The notes: generated by a model not told the origin, from the sequence alone. Positions 40,603 through 54,215 are shown, counted from the first letter of the stretch. The stretch: DNA of 64,000 nt from an uncultured Bacilli bacterium (GCA_947599835.1 CANQFQ010000001.1:73725-137724); one strand, 5' to 3'. Numbers and translations: made by a program.

Positions 40603-41613
40603 ATGGCAGAAAAAAAAGAAGTAAAAATGAATTTAGAAGAAACATTAAAACAAATTATTAAAACGTATGGTGAAGGTGCTGTAATGAAATTAGGAGATCG
40701 GAGTAATGTGAATGTTGATGTTATTCCTTCGGGGTCAATTTCTTTAGATTATATTTTAGGTGTGGGTGGTTATCCTAAAGGTAGAGTCATTGAAATTTAT
40801 GGCCCAGAGTCTAGTGGAAAAACAACCTTTGCTTTACATGCTATCGCCGAAGTTCAAAAGCAAGGCGGAAAAGCCGCTTTTATTGATGCTGAACATGCGA
40901 TTGATCCATTATATGCTCAAAACTTAGGAGTAGATATCGATGAATTAATTTTATCTCAACCTGATTCTGGTGAACAAGCTTTAGAAATTACTGAATTATT
41001 AGCAAAAAGCGATGCAATCGATTTAATTGTCGTAGACTCTGTTGCAGCTTTAGTTCCTCAAGCTGAGTTAAATGGTGAAATGGGAGATGCACAAGTTGGA
41101 TTACAAGCCCGCTTAATGTCCAAGGCATTAAGAAAATTAACTGCTGTTTTAAATAAAAGAAACTGTACCATTATTTTTATTAATCAATTACGTGAAAAAG
41201 TAGGCATTTTATTTGGTAATCCAGAAACAACTCCTGGAGGTAGGGCTTTAAAATTTTATGCATCTGTACGGCTTGAAGTTCGAAAAGGTACTGTACTTAA
41301 AAATGGTGACGAGATTCTTGGAAATGAAGTGAACTTGAAAGTTGTTAAAAATAAAGTAGCTCCTCCATTTAAAACAACTACGGTAGAAATTCTTTATGGA
41401 AAAGGTATTAATAAAGAATCAGAATTACTTGATTTAGCCGTTAAATTTGAAATTATTGGAAAATCTGGTTCATGGTTTGAATATCAAGGTGAAAAAATCG
41501 GACAAGGCAAAGATAATGCAAGGAAGTTTTTAGCAGAAAACGAAACGGTTAAAAATGAAATTTACGAAAAAGTAGTTTCTGCAATTAAAAATGGACAAGT
41601 CGAAAAAAAATAA
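40603..41613 (+). CDS. recA: Recombinase RecA
   Basis: GPESSGKTT Walker A and canonical RecA core, 336 aa. Confidence 0.95.
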   Translation: MAEKKEVKMNLEETLKQIIKTYGEGAVMKLGDRSNVNVDVIPSGSISLDYILGVGGYPKGRVIEIYGPESSGKTTFALHAIAEVQKQGGKAAFIDAEHAIDPLYAQNLGVDIDELILSQPDSGEQALEITELLAKSDAIDLIVVDSVAALVPQAELNGEMGDAQVGLQARLMSKALRKLTAVLNKRNCTIIFINQLREKVGILFGNPETTPGGRALKFYASVRLEVRKGTVLKNGDEILGNEVNLKVVKNKVAPPFKTTTVEILYGKGINKESELLDLAVKFEIIGKSGSWFEYQGEKIGQGKDNARKFLAENETVKNEIYEKVVSAIKNGQVEKK

Positions 41614-41631
41614 TCATAGAATATAAAAATG

Positions 41632-41680
41632 TGCTGTGAAAACCCTAACTTTTAAAAAAACTAGGTTTCACAGCCTTTTT
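41632..41680. terminator. Bidirectional terminator between convergent recA and the beta-helix lipoprotein gene
   Basis: Inverted repeat gctgtgaaaacc...ggtttcacagc flanked by T/A runs. Confidence 0.5.
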
Positions 41681-41764
41681 GTATATATTTACATTTCGAT
41701 TTTTTTATTGGCCTTAATTCTTCTTATTATTAATTTATTGTTTTTTTAAAAGAATAAAACAAAA

Positions 41765-43642
41765 CTAGCGGCCTCCAGGGCCACCAAAGCCACCTCCGGG
41801 ACCTCCTGGTCCTCCTGGAGTGTTTCCACCAGGATTTCCAATACCACCTGAAGATCCTACAGTTGTAATAATTTGACTAATAGTAAATTCGCATAAACGA
41901 CTATCGCCACCATAAATTTGATATGTTTTTCCTAATGCTAATTCAGGGCAAGAAATAATCACTGATTGACAGGTTTTTGGTGTTTTAAAAGTAAGGATAG
42001 ATTTTCCGTTTTCATCCGTTAAGGAAATATTTGTTTCTGCTGCGATAGATTTATTCAATGCAAATGAAACAACATATTGTGTTGAATTTTTAGCCGGGGT
42101 TTCAACCATACCTAAAGGACCTACTGCAAAAAGATATCCACCTGTGATAACTGTTCCACGATCGGAATCAATAGAGCAATCCATATTGCTTGTTGGACCA
42201 GCCACATAAGTTTCTCCTCCTGAAATTAAGATTGTTCCATTGGAATCAATTCCATCACCGCTTGCATCCACATAGACGTTACCGCCACTTATAATAATAT
42301 GTTCGATAATGTTTGTATCATCACTTGCAGCATTAATTCCATCATCTTGGGATGTAACCTTTATTGTACCACCAGTAATTTCTACATATGCCCCTTCAAT
42401 GCCTTCATAGCTTTTTAATATGGTAATGTCACCACCAGTAATCTTTGTTAGCACATCACTAGTGAATGCATCATCACAAGTAGAAATCGTAAAGGTTCCC
42501 CCATTAACCGAAAGATTTCCGCTATTTGCATGAATGGCATCATCGGTACTATTAATAGTAAATGTACCCGCTTCAATAATAATAGAATATTCTCCATCAT
42601 AAACGGTGATTTCATTATTATCATCGCTTGGATCAGGATATTCAATTTCTCCAACTTTAATTCCTTTACAACCTTGGGCTAAAGCATACAAGGTATTACG
42701 TCCAAAGGAATCGGAAGCGACTTTTTGATATTCATTTCCATTTTTGATAAAACGAAAATCATCTTCTGAAAGATTGTATTCTTCCATCGATTCTTTAGTA
42801 ACAAAAACACCATTTGTTTGAATGTTATAAGTTCCACCATGAATATAAACAACGGTATCCGCTTGAATACCATCTCCAGCTGTTATACAAGAATAATTGA
42901 CCTCATTAAGGTAGACATAACCTTCTGTGGTTGTAAACGTTGTGGTTTCATCATTGCATTCTGCATTGATGCCATCTTTACCGGCAGAAAGGACTTGAAT
43001 TGTACAATTTGATGCTGAAATGGAAAGTGCGGAAATGGCATGATTTTTTGCGAAAAGATTGAGTGAACAATCAACAATCATCAGTTCTTTAGAAACTTTG
43101 ATTGCGTTTTTACCTTTACTTGTAATAGATAAAGTACCCATTCCATTAAAAGAAAGTTTTCCTTTGATATGGATAGCATTTTTATCTTCAGCAGTCGACA
43201 CAATCGTATTTTGATCAATAAGCGTAACAATAATTTCGGCATTTTTAAAATCGGATCCATTCAAAGCAATACCATTTGTTGTTTCAATTTCTACACCATC
43301 GAAAATAAGATGTAATGTTAGATTGTTCGCTCCAAGTAAAATACCGCCATATTTACCGCTAAAAAGATATGTGCCACTTGTAGTAATTGAATATACCTCA
43401 TTGGTTGGTTCTACTGTGATTGCTCCGTTTGTTGAAGTATGAGCAGATAAATCTGAAAAATCTTTATCTAAAAAATTCTCTTTTACATCATTTGTAACAT
43501 CATCTGCACTGCTTGCAATTTCTCCTGAACCACCACCGCCAAGATAATCACCTGGGTTTACAAAACCTTTTTCTTTTTTGCAACCGGATAATAAGCTCAA
43601 GGATAAAGTAAATAGTAACGCAAATAAATGGCTTCGTTTCAT
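41765..43642 (-). CDS. Lipoprotein with right-handed parallel beta-helix repeats and Gly/Pro-rich C-terminal tail
   Basis: Lipobox LSLLSGCKK. Repetitive G-x-I/V-x-I/V-x-S/T-x-G rungs (for example GGTFTINSTDDAIHANSGNLSVNGGTFTISTCDDAF). The C-terminus is GGIGNPGGNTPGGPGGPGGGFGGPGGR. Start chosen at the Met after RBS AAAGGAGAAACTT (ORF track gives 43693). Confidence 0.55.
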   Translation of the reverse strand: MKRSHLFALLFTLSLSLLSGCKKEKGFVNPGDYLGGGGSGEIASSADDVTNDVKENFLDKDFSDLSAHTSTNGAITVEPTNEVYSITTSGTYLFSGKYGGILLGANNLTLHLIFDGVEIETTNGIALNGSDFKNAEIIVTLIDQNTIVSTAEDKNAIHIKGKLSFNGMGTLSITSKGKNAIKVSKELMIVDCSLNLFAKNHAISALSISASNCTIQVLSAGKDGINAECNDETTTFTTTEGYVYLNEVNYSCITAGDGIQADTVVYIHGGTYNIQTNGVFVTKESMEEYNLSEDDFRFIKNGNEYQKVASDSFGRNTLYALAQGCKGIKVGEIEYPDPSDDNNEITVYDGEYSIIIEAGTFTINSTDDAIHANSGNLSVNGGTFTISTCDDAFTSDVLTKITGGDITILKSYEGIEGAYVEITGGTIKVTSQDDGINAASDDTNIIEHIIISGGNVYVDASGDGIDSNGTILISGGETYVAGPTSNMDCSIDSDRGTVITGGYLFAVGPLGMVETPAKNSTQYVVSFALNKSIAAETNISLTDENGKSILTFKTPKTCQSVIISCPELALGKTYQIYGGDSRLCEFTISQIITTVGSSGGIGNPGGNTPGGPGGPGGGFGGPGGR

Positions 43643-44192
43643 AAGTTTCTCCTTTTGGTAGGCTATACCACTCATAATGTCTAAAACATGCAAATTTTAA
43701 CAAAACTTTGGTTCTGCATTGTAATCAAAATTTAAAAATCAATATTATTTTATCATAAAAACACGATTTTTTTCTACTTTGAATAAAAAAATATAAGAAA
43801 TCATTTTTGATTTAAACACTTATAAATCTCATATCGAATCTTGTAAAAACTTTTTAATAATCATTATCTTTCGTTTTTATCGGTAGTTTTATTATCTAAA
43901 AAAATATGTTTATTTAAAATGGAGACTTTTTAGACTCGTGTAACTTTACTTGCAAAAAAAATTATAAGCAAATTTGTATTTCCTTTTAAAGGTGTTAAAA
44001 CATTCTTTTTTTAAAAATAAAAAAACAATAAAATTTCGGTTTTATCGGTAAAATTTTAAATAATGCAAAGTAGTGAAGATTTTCTTTTTAAACGAATCTC
44101 ATATAAAAATTATTTGCTATTTTATTATTATTAATATAAAATAATATTGGTACGGGTGTACTATAATAAAATAATTAACAGGAGGAATAAGT

Positions 44193-45755
44193 ATGAAATC
44201 AAGTGTCGTTGTACTTATTTGTCTTGCTGTTGGTATTGTATTTTTAATTTTAGGTGGTTTAGTTGTTCGTTTAGTTCCATTTTTTGGATTTAAGAATGCT
44301 AAAAAGAAAATTGATTTATCTTTAAAAGATGCTGAAATAAAAGCAAATCAAATTATTAAATCTGCACAATTGGAAGGTCGAGCTACGGCCTTAGAATTGC
44401 AAAAACAAGCAGATAAAGAAATAAAAGAAAGAAAAGATCAAGTACTTGAATTAGAAAAAGCCATCATATCACGGGAACAAGGAATTGATGTTCGTGATTT
44501 AATGGTTAAGAAAAAAGAAGAACAATTAGAAAAAGATAACCAACAACTGGATAAAAAAGCACAAGAATTAGTTAAGCAAAAAGAAGAACTCGATGCCAAA
44601 ATTAATTCTATTATTACTGAACTTGAAAAAGTTGCAGGAATGACTTCTGCTGAAGCAAAAAAAGAATTATTTGATCGTGTTCAAGAAAAGTCAGCACATG
44701 AAGTGGCTGCTTATTTGAAAGAAAGAGAAGAAGAAGCAAAAGAAAAAGCGGATGACGTATCTCGCGATATTTTAGCTTTAGCTATTGAAAGATTTAGTCA
44801 AGAAGTTGCTTCGGAAAGAACAATTTCTGTAGTCGCTCTACCTTCAGATGAAATGAAGGGTAGAATTATTGGACGGGAAGGAAGAAATATTAGAACAATT
44901 GAACAATTAATTGGTGTTGATTTAATTATTGATGATACGCCAGAAGTCATTACGATTTCTTGCTTTAATCCAATTCGAAGAGAAATTGCTAAGCGGACCC
45001 TTGAAGCTTTAATCAAAGATGGTCGTATTCAACCAGGCCGTATTGAAGAATTAGTCGAAAAATCCACGCAAGAAGTTAAGGAAGTCATTCGTAAGGCCGG
45101 AGAAGAAGCTTTGTTTAAATTAAATTTACCTCGAATGAATAAAGATTTAGTAGAAATGATTGGTCGTTTGAAATTTAGAACGAGTTATGGACAAAATGGT
45201 TTGGCACATTCTATTGAGGTCGCTCATTTAGCAGGAATTATGGCGGCAGAAATCGGCGCAGATCAACAACTAGCAAAAAGAGCTGGTTTATTACATGACT
45301 TAGGTAAGGCCATTGATTTTGAAGTCGAAGGTAGCCATGTTGAATTAGGTGCAAGATATGCTAAAAAATATGGTGAAAACGAAGTTATTATTAATGCGAT
45401 TGAAGCCCATCATGGAGAAAAACCTGCAACGACGATTATTGCTAATTTAGTTATTGCAGCCGACACTTTAAGTGCAGCTCGTCCAGGCGCAAGAAGTGAA
45501 ACTTTAGATACTTATGTTAAACGGATTGAACAATTAGAAACGATTTCTAAACAATTTGAAGGCGTAAGTCAAGCTTATGCGATTCAAGCCGGAAGGGAAA
45601 TTCGTGTCATGGTTGTACCTGAAAAAGTAGATGATGTTCAAGCTTATCATATTGCAAGACAAATTAAAGAAAAAATTGAAAATGATTTAGTTTATCCAGG
45701 TCAAATCAAAGTCACTGTTATTAGAGAAACACGGGTGAGTGAAATTGCCAAATAA
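44193..45755 (+). CDS. rny: Ribonuclease Y
   Basis: N-terminal TM helix, coiled coil, KH domain ([12 protein letters not shown]) and an HD domain. Confidence 0.9.
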   Translation: MKSSVVVLICLAVGIVFLILGGLVVRLVPFFGFKNAKKKIDLSLKDAEIKANQIIKSAQLEGRATALELQKQADKEIKERKDQVLELEKAIISREQGIDVRDLMVKKKEEQLEKDNQQLDKKAQELVKQKEELDAKINSIITELEKVAGMTSAEAKKELFDRVQEKSAHEVAAYLKEREEEAKEKADDVSRDILALAIERFSQEVASERTISVVALPSDEMKGRIIGREGRNIRTIEQLIGVDLIIDDTPEVITISCFNPIRREIAKRTLEALIKDGRIQPGRIEELVEKSTQEVKEVIRKAGEEALFKLNLPRMNKDLVEMIGRLKFRTSYGQNGLAHSIEVAHLAGIMAAEIGADQQLAKRAGLLHDLGKAIDFEVEGSHVELGARYAKKYGENEVIINAIEAHHGEKPATTIIANLVIAADTLSAARPGARSETLDTYVKRIEQLETISKQFEGVSQAYAIQAGREIRVMVVPEKVDDVQAYHIARQIKEKIENDLVYPGQIKVTVIRETRVSEIAK

Positions 45756-46545
45756 AGAAACAATAACGATTTTGGCTTTAGGTGATATTGTAGGTAGAGT
45801 CGGCAGGAATGCGGTAGTACGCAACTGCCGCTTTTTAAAAGAAAAATATCATGTTGATTTTCTCATTGTTAATGGTGAAAACGCGACTCATGGAAATGGA
45901 CTAATATACAAGCAATATTTAGAACTAATCAACGCTGGGTGTGATTGTATTACAATGGGGAATCACACCTATGGGAAAAAAGAAATTTTAACCTATGCAA
46001 AAAATGCTAAAAAATTAGTGGTTCCAGCAAATTTAGTGAACTTAGAACCTGAATTGCAACAAAATATAGCTTATGAACAAAAAATCGGTGAAGCAAGAAT
46101 AAAAGTCATTAATCTTTTAGGAATAGACAATATAAAATTGTCAGTCAAATCACCTTTTATTGCATTTAAAGAAATTTATGAAAAAGATCCTGAAGCAATT
46201 TATATTGTCGATTTTCATGCCGAACTTACAGCAGAAAAAAATTCATTTGGCTATGATATTGATGGTAGAGCTTCTATGATGTTTGGTACACATACACATG
46301 TTCAAACAGCAGATGAAAGAATTATGCCGGAAGGAATGGCCTATATTACGGATGCAGGAATGTGTGGAATTCGCGAAAGTATGATTGGATTTGACTATAA
46401 AGAAGTAAAAAAAGCTATGTGGGAAGGAACTTCCTATTCGGTTGCCTTAAAAGGAAAAGGTATGATTAATGGCTTACTGACGACGATAGATATTCATAGC
46501 AAAAAAGCCATTGCGATTCAAAGAATTAATTTTGATGTAGAATAA
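45739..46545 (+). CDS. ymdB: YmdB-family metallophosphoesterase (2',3'-cyclic-nucleotide phosphodiesterase)
   Basis: [13 protein letters not shown]...[14 protein letters not shown] matches the TIGR00282 family. Follows rny, as in Bacillus. Confidence 0.8.
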   Translation: MKLPNKETITILALGDIVGRVGRNAVVRNCRFLKEKYHVDFLIVNGENATHGNGLIYKQYLELINAGCDCITMGNHTYGKKEILTYAKNAKKLVVPANLVNLEPELQQNIAYEQKIGEARIKVINLLGIDNIKLSVKSPFIAFKEIYEKDPEAIYIVDFHAELTAEKNSFGYDIDGRASMMFGTHTHVQTADERIMPEGMAYITDAGMCGIRESMIGFDYKEVKKAMWEGTSYSVALKGKGMINGLLTTIDIHSKKAIAIQRINFDVE

Positions 46546-46574
46546 TTTTATTTTTTCTTTCATATGATGAAGTA

Positions 46575-46874
46575 ATGAAATATGGAGGAAAAAATATGAT
46601 AGAATTATTAAAAGTATCGACAAAATCAAACCCTAATGCAGTTGCAGGTGCTATTGCAAACATCTTAAAAGTACAAAAAAGAGTTGAAGTGCAAGCTATC
46701 GGTGCGGGTTCAATTAATCAAGTCGTTAAAGCAATTGCGATTGCCCGTGGCTTTTTAGTTTTAAGTGGAGATGATTTGGTGTGTGTTCCTGTTTTTGCTG
46801 AAGTAGATATTGAAAATCAAGTAAAAACAGCAATCAAATTTATTATCACCCTAACAGATGATAAAAAAAATTAA
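46575..46874 (+). CDS. spoVS: Stage V sporulation protein S
   Basis: ELLKVSTKSNPNAVAGAIANIL...VQAIGAGSINQVVKAIAIARGF is near-identical in pattern to Bacillus SpoVS. Confidence 0.85.
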   Translation: MKYGGKNMIELLKVSTKSNPNAVAGAIANILKVQKRVEVQAIGAGSINQVVKAIAIARGFLVLSGDDLVCVPVFAEVDIENQVKTAIKFIITLTDDKKN

Positions 46875-46887
46875 ACCATGAAATAAA

Positions 46888-46927
46888 AAAGAACTTCTAA
46901 GTGAAAAACACATAGCACTTAGAAGTT
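46888..46927 (+). terminator. Rho-independent terminator after spoVS
   Basis: Hairpin aacttctaagtg...cacttagaagtt followed by T7. Confidence 0.6.
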
Positions 46928-47014
46928 TTTTTGTAAAAAAATTTTTTTAGAAGTCATTTTCAAAATAAGTTCCTATAATAAAAATGAAAGCACTTTTTAT
47001 CGAATAAAAAAGTG

Positions 47015-47043
47015 TTTACATTAAAATGTAAATTTGCTATAAT
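47015..47043 (+). promoter_or_regulatory. Sigma-A-like promoter (TTTACA-17-TATAAT) for rpsF-ssb-rpsR
   Basis: -35 TTTACA (47015-47020) and -10 TATAAT (47038-47043) with a 17-nt spacer. An inverted repeat TTTACAT-aaa-ATGTAAA overlaps the -35. Confidence 0.45.
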
Positions 47044-47104
47044 ACCAACGTCAATTCTCTGCTACATTCATAGTGTAGCCAAATGACCAAAGGGAGGTGT
47101 AAGG

Positions 47105-47398
47105 ATGAAAAAATATGAAATTATGTACATCCTAAACGCTAATCTTGATGAAGAAACACGGAAACAATTAATGGAAAAATTGCATGGTTTCTTATTAGCT
47201 AACGGGGATAAAATCGTTGAAGTTAACGAAAAAGACTGGGGCTTAAGAGATTTAGCGTATGAAATCAATTTTCAATCTAAGGGTTATTATGTTGTTTTAA
47301 CCATAGAAGCTGAAAATGATAAAGGTGTCAAAGAATTTGAACGTAATTGCAGAATCGATACTGAAAACGTTCTTCGCCAATTAACCGTTGCTTTATAG
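47105..47398 (+). CDS. rpsF: 30S ribosomal protein S6
   Basis: MKKYEIMYIL... has the S6 fold signature. First gene of the rpsF-ssb-rpsR operon. Confidence 0.9.
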   Translation: MKKYEIMYILNANLDEETRKQLMEKLHGFLLANGDKIVEVNEKDWGLRDLAYEINFQSKGYYVVLTIEAENDKGVKEFERNCRIDTENVLRQLTVAL

Positions 47399-47422
47399 CA
47401 CAAGGCTAGGAGGAAAAAATTA

Positions 47423-47845
47423 ATGATTAACAGAGTAGTATTAGTTGGAAGACTCACAAAAGATGTCGAATTAAGAACAACCACAAGTAATATTCCAGTT
47501 TGTTCTTTCACAATTGCGATTGATAATCGCGTAGCTAAAAATAGTTCGGAAAAAACAGCTAGTTTTATTAATTGTGTAGCTTGGCAAAATACGGCAAAAT
47601 TAATTTCAGATTATTGTAGAAAAGGATCATTAGTCGGCATTGAAGGACGTTTACAAACAAGAAGTTATGAAGCAAAAGACGGTCGTAAAGTAACTTTAAC
47701 TGAAGTGATTTGTGATTCCGTAACTTTCTTGGATCCAAAAGATTCCAATGCATCAAATAATAATAGTTTTTCAATGGAAGATGAAACAACGACAAACGTT
47801 GAAGATGATGGATTAACTTATTCTGAAGAAGATTTGCCTTTTTAA
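47423..47845 (+). CDS. ssb: Single-stranded DNA-binding protein
   Basis: MINRVVLVGRLTKDVELR OB-fold and an acidic C-terminal tail DDGLTYSEEDLPF. Confidence 0.9.
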   Translation: MINRVVLVGRLTKDVELRTTTSNIPVCSFTIAIDNRVAKNSSEKTASFINCVAWQNTAKLISDYCRKGSLVGIEGRLQTRSYEAKDGRKVTLTEVICDSVTFLDPKDSNASNNNSFSMEDETTTNVEDDGLTYSEEDLPF

Positions 47846-47867
47846 GTAAAAGAAAGGAAAATGTACA

Positions 47868-48092
47868 ATGTATAAAAAACAACAAAAAAGACGTAAAGTT
47901 TGCTATTTTACGAAAAATGGCATTACGTATATTGATTACAAAGATGTTGAATTGTTAAAAAAATTCATTGCTCAAGATGGTAAAATTTTACCACGTCGGC
48001 AAACAGGTACTTCTGCTCGCTATCAAAGACCTTTGGCAGTAGCAATCAAAAGAGCTCGTCAAATGGCTTTGTTACCATTTAAAGCAGACTAA
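47868..48092 (+). CDS. rpsR: 30S ribosomal protein S18
   Basis: RRKVCYFT...[13 protein letters not shown]...RRQTGT.ARYQR is the S18 signature. Confidence 0.9.
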   Translation: MYKKQQKRRKVCYFTKNGITYIDYKDVELLKKFIAQDGKILPRRQTGTSARYQRPLAVAIKRARQMALLPFKAD

Positions 48093-48099
48093 GCATTTA

Positions 48100-48140
48100 A
48101 AAGAAAACTCAAATATGAGTTTTCTTTTTTTTATTTTTTT
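48100..48140 (+). terminator. Rho-independent terminator after rpsR
   Basis: Hairpin aaagaaaactc-aaatat-gagttttcttt followed by a long T-run. Confidence 0.65.
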
Positions 48141-48311
48141 ATAAATATTTCCGAATTTCTCGATGAAAATTAATTTTTCAAAAATATATTTCTTTTTTAA
48201 AATATTTACCTTAGAACTATCTTATTTTACATAGAACAAAAAAGATTTGAAATAGAAGCGATTTTTGCCTCATATTTGTGAAATTTCTTAGTATAAAATA
48301 CTAAGAAAGGT

Positions 48312-48340
48312 TTGAAAAATGAAAAATGAAATGGTATAAT
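48312..48340 (+). promoter_or_regulatory. Consensus sigma-A promoter with extended -10 (TTGAAA-17-TGgTATAAT) for yaaA-recF-gyrB-gyrA
   Basis: TTGAAA at 48312-48317. TG at 48332-48333. TATAAT at 48335-48340. A 21-bp palindrome TCTTAGTAT-aaa-ATACTAAGA lies at 48286-48306 just upstream. Confidence 0.55.
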
Positions 48341-48367
48341 TAAATCGTTATAAAAGGGGAATAAAAA

Positions 48368-48576
48368 ATGGAAAAAGTGAAGATTGTTGGAGATTATATC
48401 ACTTTAGGACAATTGCTAAAGTTAAAATCCATTATTTCATACGGTGGCGAGGCGAAAATCTTTCTTCAAAACAACGAGGTTTTAGTCAACGAAATGATTG
48501 AAACACGTCGAGGAAGAAAATTATATCCTAACGATATTGTCAAAGTGTTAAACCACACTTATCAACTGAGTCATTA

Positions 48577-48577
<1 letters not shown>
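48368..48577 (+). CDS. yaaA: S4-domain RNA-binding protein YaaA
   Basis: 69 aa. S4 fold with GEAKIFLQNNEVLVNEMIETRRGRKLYPNDIV. Occupies the conserved slot upstream of recF. Confidence 0.7.
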
Positions 48578-51637
<3,060 letters not shown>

Positions 51638-51655
51638 TAGAGGGGAGTGGTATAA

Positions 51656-54181
51656 GTGAAAGAAGATTTAAAAGAATTTGCTGAACACGAAAAACAAGAA
51701 GATCAAGGAATTCAAGATGTCAATCTAGCTAAAGAAGTTAAGACTTCATTTCTAGAATATGCCATGTCCGTTATTGTTTCTCGTGCACTTCCTGATGTAA
51801 GAGATGGATTAAAGCCTGTTCATCGTCGTATTTTATTTGGCATGAGTGAAGCTAAAATGAGTGCAGGGAGTCCTTATAAAAAATCTGCTCGTATTGTTGG
51901 GGATGTTATGGGGAAATATCACCCTCATGGCGATGCAGCGATTTATGAAGCAATGGTGCGTTTGGCACAAAACTTTTCTACAAGGTATCCTTTGGTAGAT
52001 GGACATGGTAATTTTGGTTCTATTGATGGTGATGGCGCTGCTGCAATGCGTTATACGGAAGCTAGAATGTCTAAGATTGCAATGGAAATGGTAAAAGATA
52101 TCGACGAAGAAACTGTTGACTTCATGCCAAACTATGATGGTGAAGAACAAGAACCTGTGGTTTTACCTTCTAAATTTCCAAACATTTTAGTGAATGGTTC
52201 AACAGGAATTGCGGTAGGAATGGCTACCAATATTCCGCCACATAATCTTGCTGAAACGATTGATGCTATTTTAGCCATTGCTGATCATCCAGATATTGAA
52301 GTCGTTGATTTGATGCAAATTTTAAAAGGGCCTGATTTTCCTACAGGAGCATATATTTTAGGTAAATCTGGAATTAAAAAGGCTTATGAAACAGGTACAG
52401 GAACGATTTTATTACGTTCTAAAACAGAAATTGAACCTTTAGCTAATGGGAAAAATCGAATTATTGTAAGTGAAATTCCTTATCAAGTGAATAAGACGAC
52501 GATGATTGAAAGAATCGCTGAACTTGCACGTGATAAAAGAATTGAAGGAATTACAGATTTAAGAGATGAATCCAGTGGTGAAGATATTCGCGTTGTGATT
52601 GAACTAAGAAAAGATGTTGTTCCTGAAGTTTTATTAAATCAATTATACAAATTAACACAACTACAAGTTAGTTATGGGATAAATATGTTAGCTTTAGTTG
52701 ATGGAGAACCTAAAATTTTACCAGTTAAGGAAATGCTTTCTTATTATTTGAAACATCAAGAAGATGTCGTTCGTAGAAGAACCATTTTCGAATTGAAAAA
52801 AGCAGAAGATGAATTACATGTTTTATTAGGTATTATTGTGGCAATTGAAAATACCGATGAAGTCGTACGGATTATTCGTGCTTCGAAAAACATTGAAGAA
52901 TCTCAAAATGCTTTAATGAATCGTTTTGAATTATCAGAAAGACAAGCAAAAGCCATTGTGGCTATGCCTTTAGGAAGACTTTCCGCATTAGAAAGTGAAA
53001 AAACAGAAAACAAGCGGCAAATGCTAGAAAGTCAAATTGTTGAATTTAAAGCTATTTTAGAAAGCGAAGAAAAAGTATTTGAAATTGTGAAAAAAGAATT
53101 GACGGAAATAAAGAATCGTTATAGTGATCCTCGAAGAACACAAATTATTTCTGGTGATTTTAATATTGATGATGAAGATTTAATTGAAAAAGAAAATATT
53201 ATTGTGACTTTAACCGTAAATGGTTATATTAAACGTGTTCCAGAAGATACTTATCGTACACAACATCGTGGGGGTAAAGGCATCAAAGGAATGTCGATAA
53301 ATGAAGAAGATATTGTAGACAAAATTGTGGTTACAAATACGCATACCGACGTTTTATTCTTTACAAATTTTGGTAAAGTTTATCGTATACGTGGTCATCA
53401 AATTCCAGAATATGGACGTACCGCTAAAGGAATTCCTGCAATTAATTTATTAAGCATGGAAAGCAATGAAAAAGTAAAATCCATTATTTCTACCGATGCG
53501 TATGATGAAAATGTCACCTTAGTTTTTGTTACCAAACAAGGTATTGTAAAAAGAGTAGCAATTAAAGAATTTGAAAATATTCGTCAAAAAGGAAAGATTG
53601 CCATTGGTTTAAAAGAAAACGATGAATTAGTAGATGTAAAATTAACTGATGGAACAGCTCAAATTTTAATTGCTTCATCCAATGGTAAATTAGTTCGTTT
53701 TAATGAACAAGATGTCCGTTGCATGGGAAGAACAGCTTCGGGTGTTAAAGGAATTAATGTAAACAAAGGAAGCGTTGTTGGTGTTGCCACCTCTTTGGAA
53801 GGTAATTTAATTTTTGTTATATCTAAAAAAGGCTATGGTAAAATGTCGTTGCTTGAAGATTATCGCTTAACGAAACGGGGTAGTCAAGGTGTCTTAACGA
53901 TGAAAACAACAGATAAAAATGGCGACATTGCTACGATAAAAGCCGTGCATGGTAATGAAGATATCCTAGTTGTCACAAATCAAGGTATCGTTATTAGAAC
54001 AAACTTAGAACAAGTAAAACAAGCTGGAAGAAACACTCTTGGCGTCCGTATTATTCGTTTGAATGATGGACAAGAAGTCGCTTCTCTAGCTATCACGGAT
54101 AAACTTGAACTTGATGAAACAGAACAAGAAGAACGTGTTTCTGAAAGTGAAAATCAACTAGACGATAGCACTGAAGAATAA
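51656..54181 (+). CDS. gyrA: DNA gyrase subunit A
   Basis: [23 protein letters not shown] with the active-site Tyr in [10 protein letters not shown], GyrA-box-containing C-terminal beta-pinwheel repeats, and an acidic tail. Confidence 0.95.
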   Translation: MKEDLKEFAEHEKQEDQGIQDVNLAKEVKTSFLEYAMSVIVSRALPDVRDGLKPVHRRILFGMSEAKMSAGSPYKKSARIVGDVMGKYHPHGDAAIYEAMVRLAQNFSTRYPLVDGHGNFGSIDGDGAAAMRYTEARMSKIAMEMVKDIDEETVDFMPNYDGEEQEPVVLPSKFPNILVNGSTGIAVGMATNIPPHNLAETIDAILAIADHPDIEVVDLMQILKGPDFPTGAYILGKSGIKKAYETGTGTILLRSKTEIEPLANGKNRIIVSEIPYQVNKTTMIERIAELARDKRIEGITDLRDESSGEDIRVVIELRKDVVPEVLLNQLYKLTQLQVSYGINMLALVDGEPKILPVKEMLSYYLKHQEDVVRRRTIFELKKAEDELHVLLGIIVAIENTDEVVRIIRASKNIEESQNALMNRFELSERQAKAIVAMPLGRLSALESEKTENKRQMLESQIVEFKAILESEEKVFEIVKKELTEIKNRYSDPRRTQIISGDFNIDDEDLIEKENIIVTLTVNGYIKRVPEDTYRTQHRGGKGIKGMSINEEDIVDKIVVTNTHTDVLFFTNFGKVYRIRGHQIPEYGRTAKGIPAINLLSMESNEKVKSIISTDAYDENVTLVFVTKQGIVKRVAIKEFENIRQKGKIAIGLKENDELVDVKLTDGTAQILIASSNGKLVRFNEQDVRCMGRTASGVKGINVNKGSVVGVATSLEGNLIFVISKKGYGKMSLLEDYRLTKRGSQGVLTMKTTDKNGDIATIKAVHGNEDILVVTNQGIVIRTNLEQVKQAGRNTLGVRIIRLNDGQEVASLAITDKLELDETEQEERVSESENQLDDSTEE

Positions 54182-54185
54182 GAAA

Positions 54186-54201
54186 TGTTCCACGTGGAAC
54201 A
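54186..54201. promoter_or_regulatory. parS: parS centromere-like site (perfect 16-bp palindrome TGTTCCACGTGGAACA)
   Basis: Matches the Firmicutes parS consensus TGTTNCACGTGNAACA. Differs from the B. subtilis TGTTTCACGTGAAACA by one symmetric position pair. Lies in the 34-nt gyrA-serS spacer. Confidence 0.6.
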
Positions 54202-54215
54202 CAGGAGGATAGAAT

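Noticed and set aside
42448-43077. Several 60-70-aa ORFs on both strands
   Set aside because: All are embedded in the 625-aa beta-helix lipoprotein CDS and are products of its repetitive sequence.
48093-48367. oriC / DnaA-box cluster between rpsR and yaaA
   Set aside because: No TTATCCACA or TGTGGATAA-like boxes are visible. The region reads as terminator plus promoter. dnaA and dnaN are not in the window.
54182-54215. Possible T-box leader upstream of serS
   Set aside because: The gyrA-serS spacer is only 34 nt and is filled by the parS palindrome and the RBS. There is no room for a ~250-nt T-box riboswitch.
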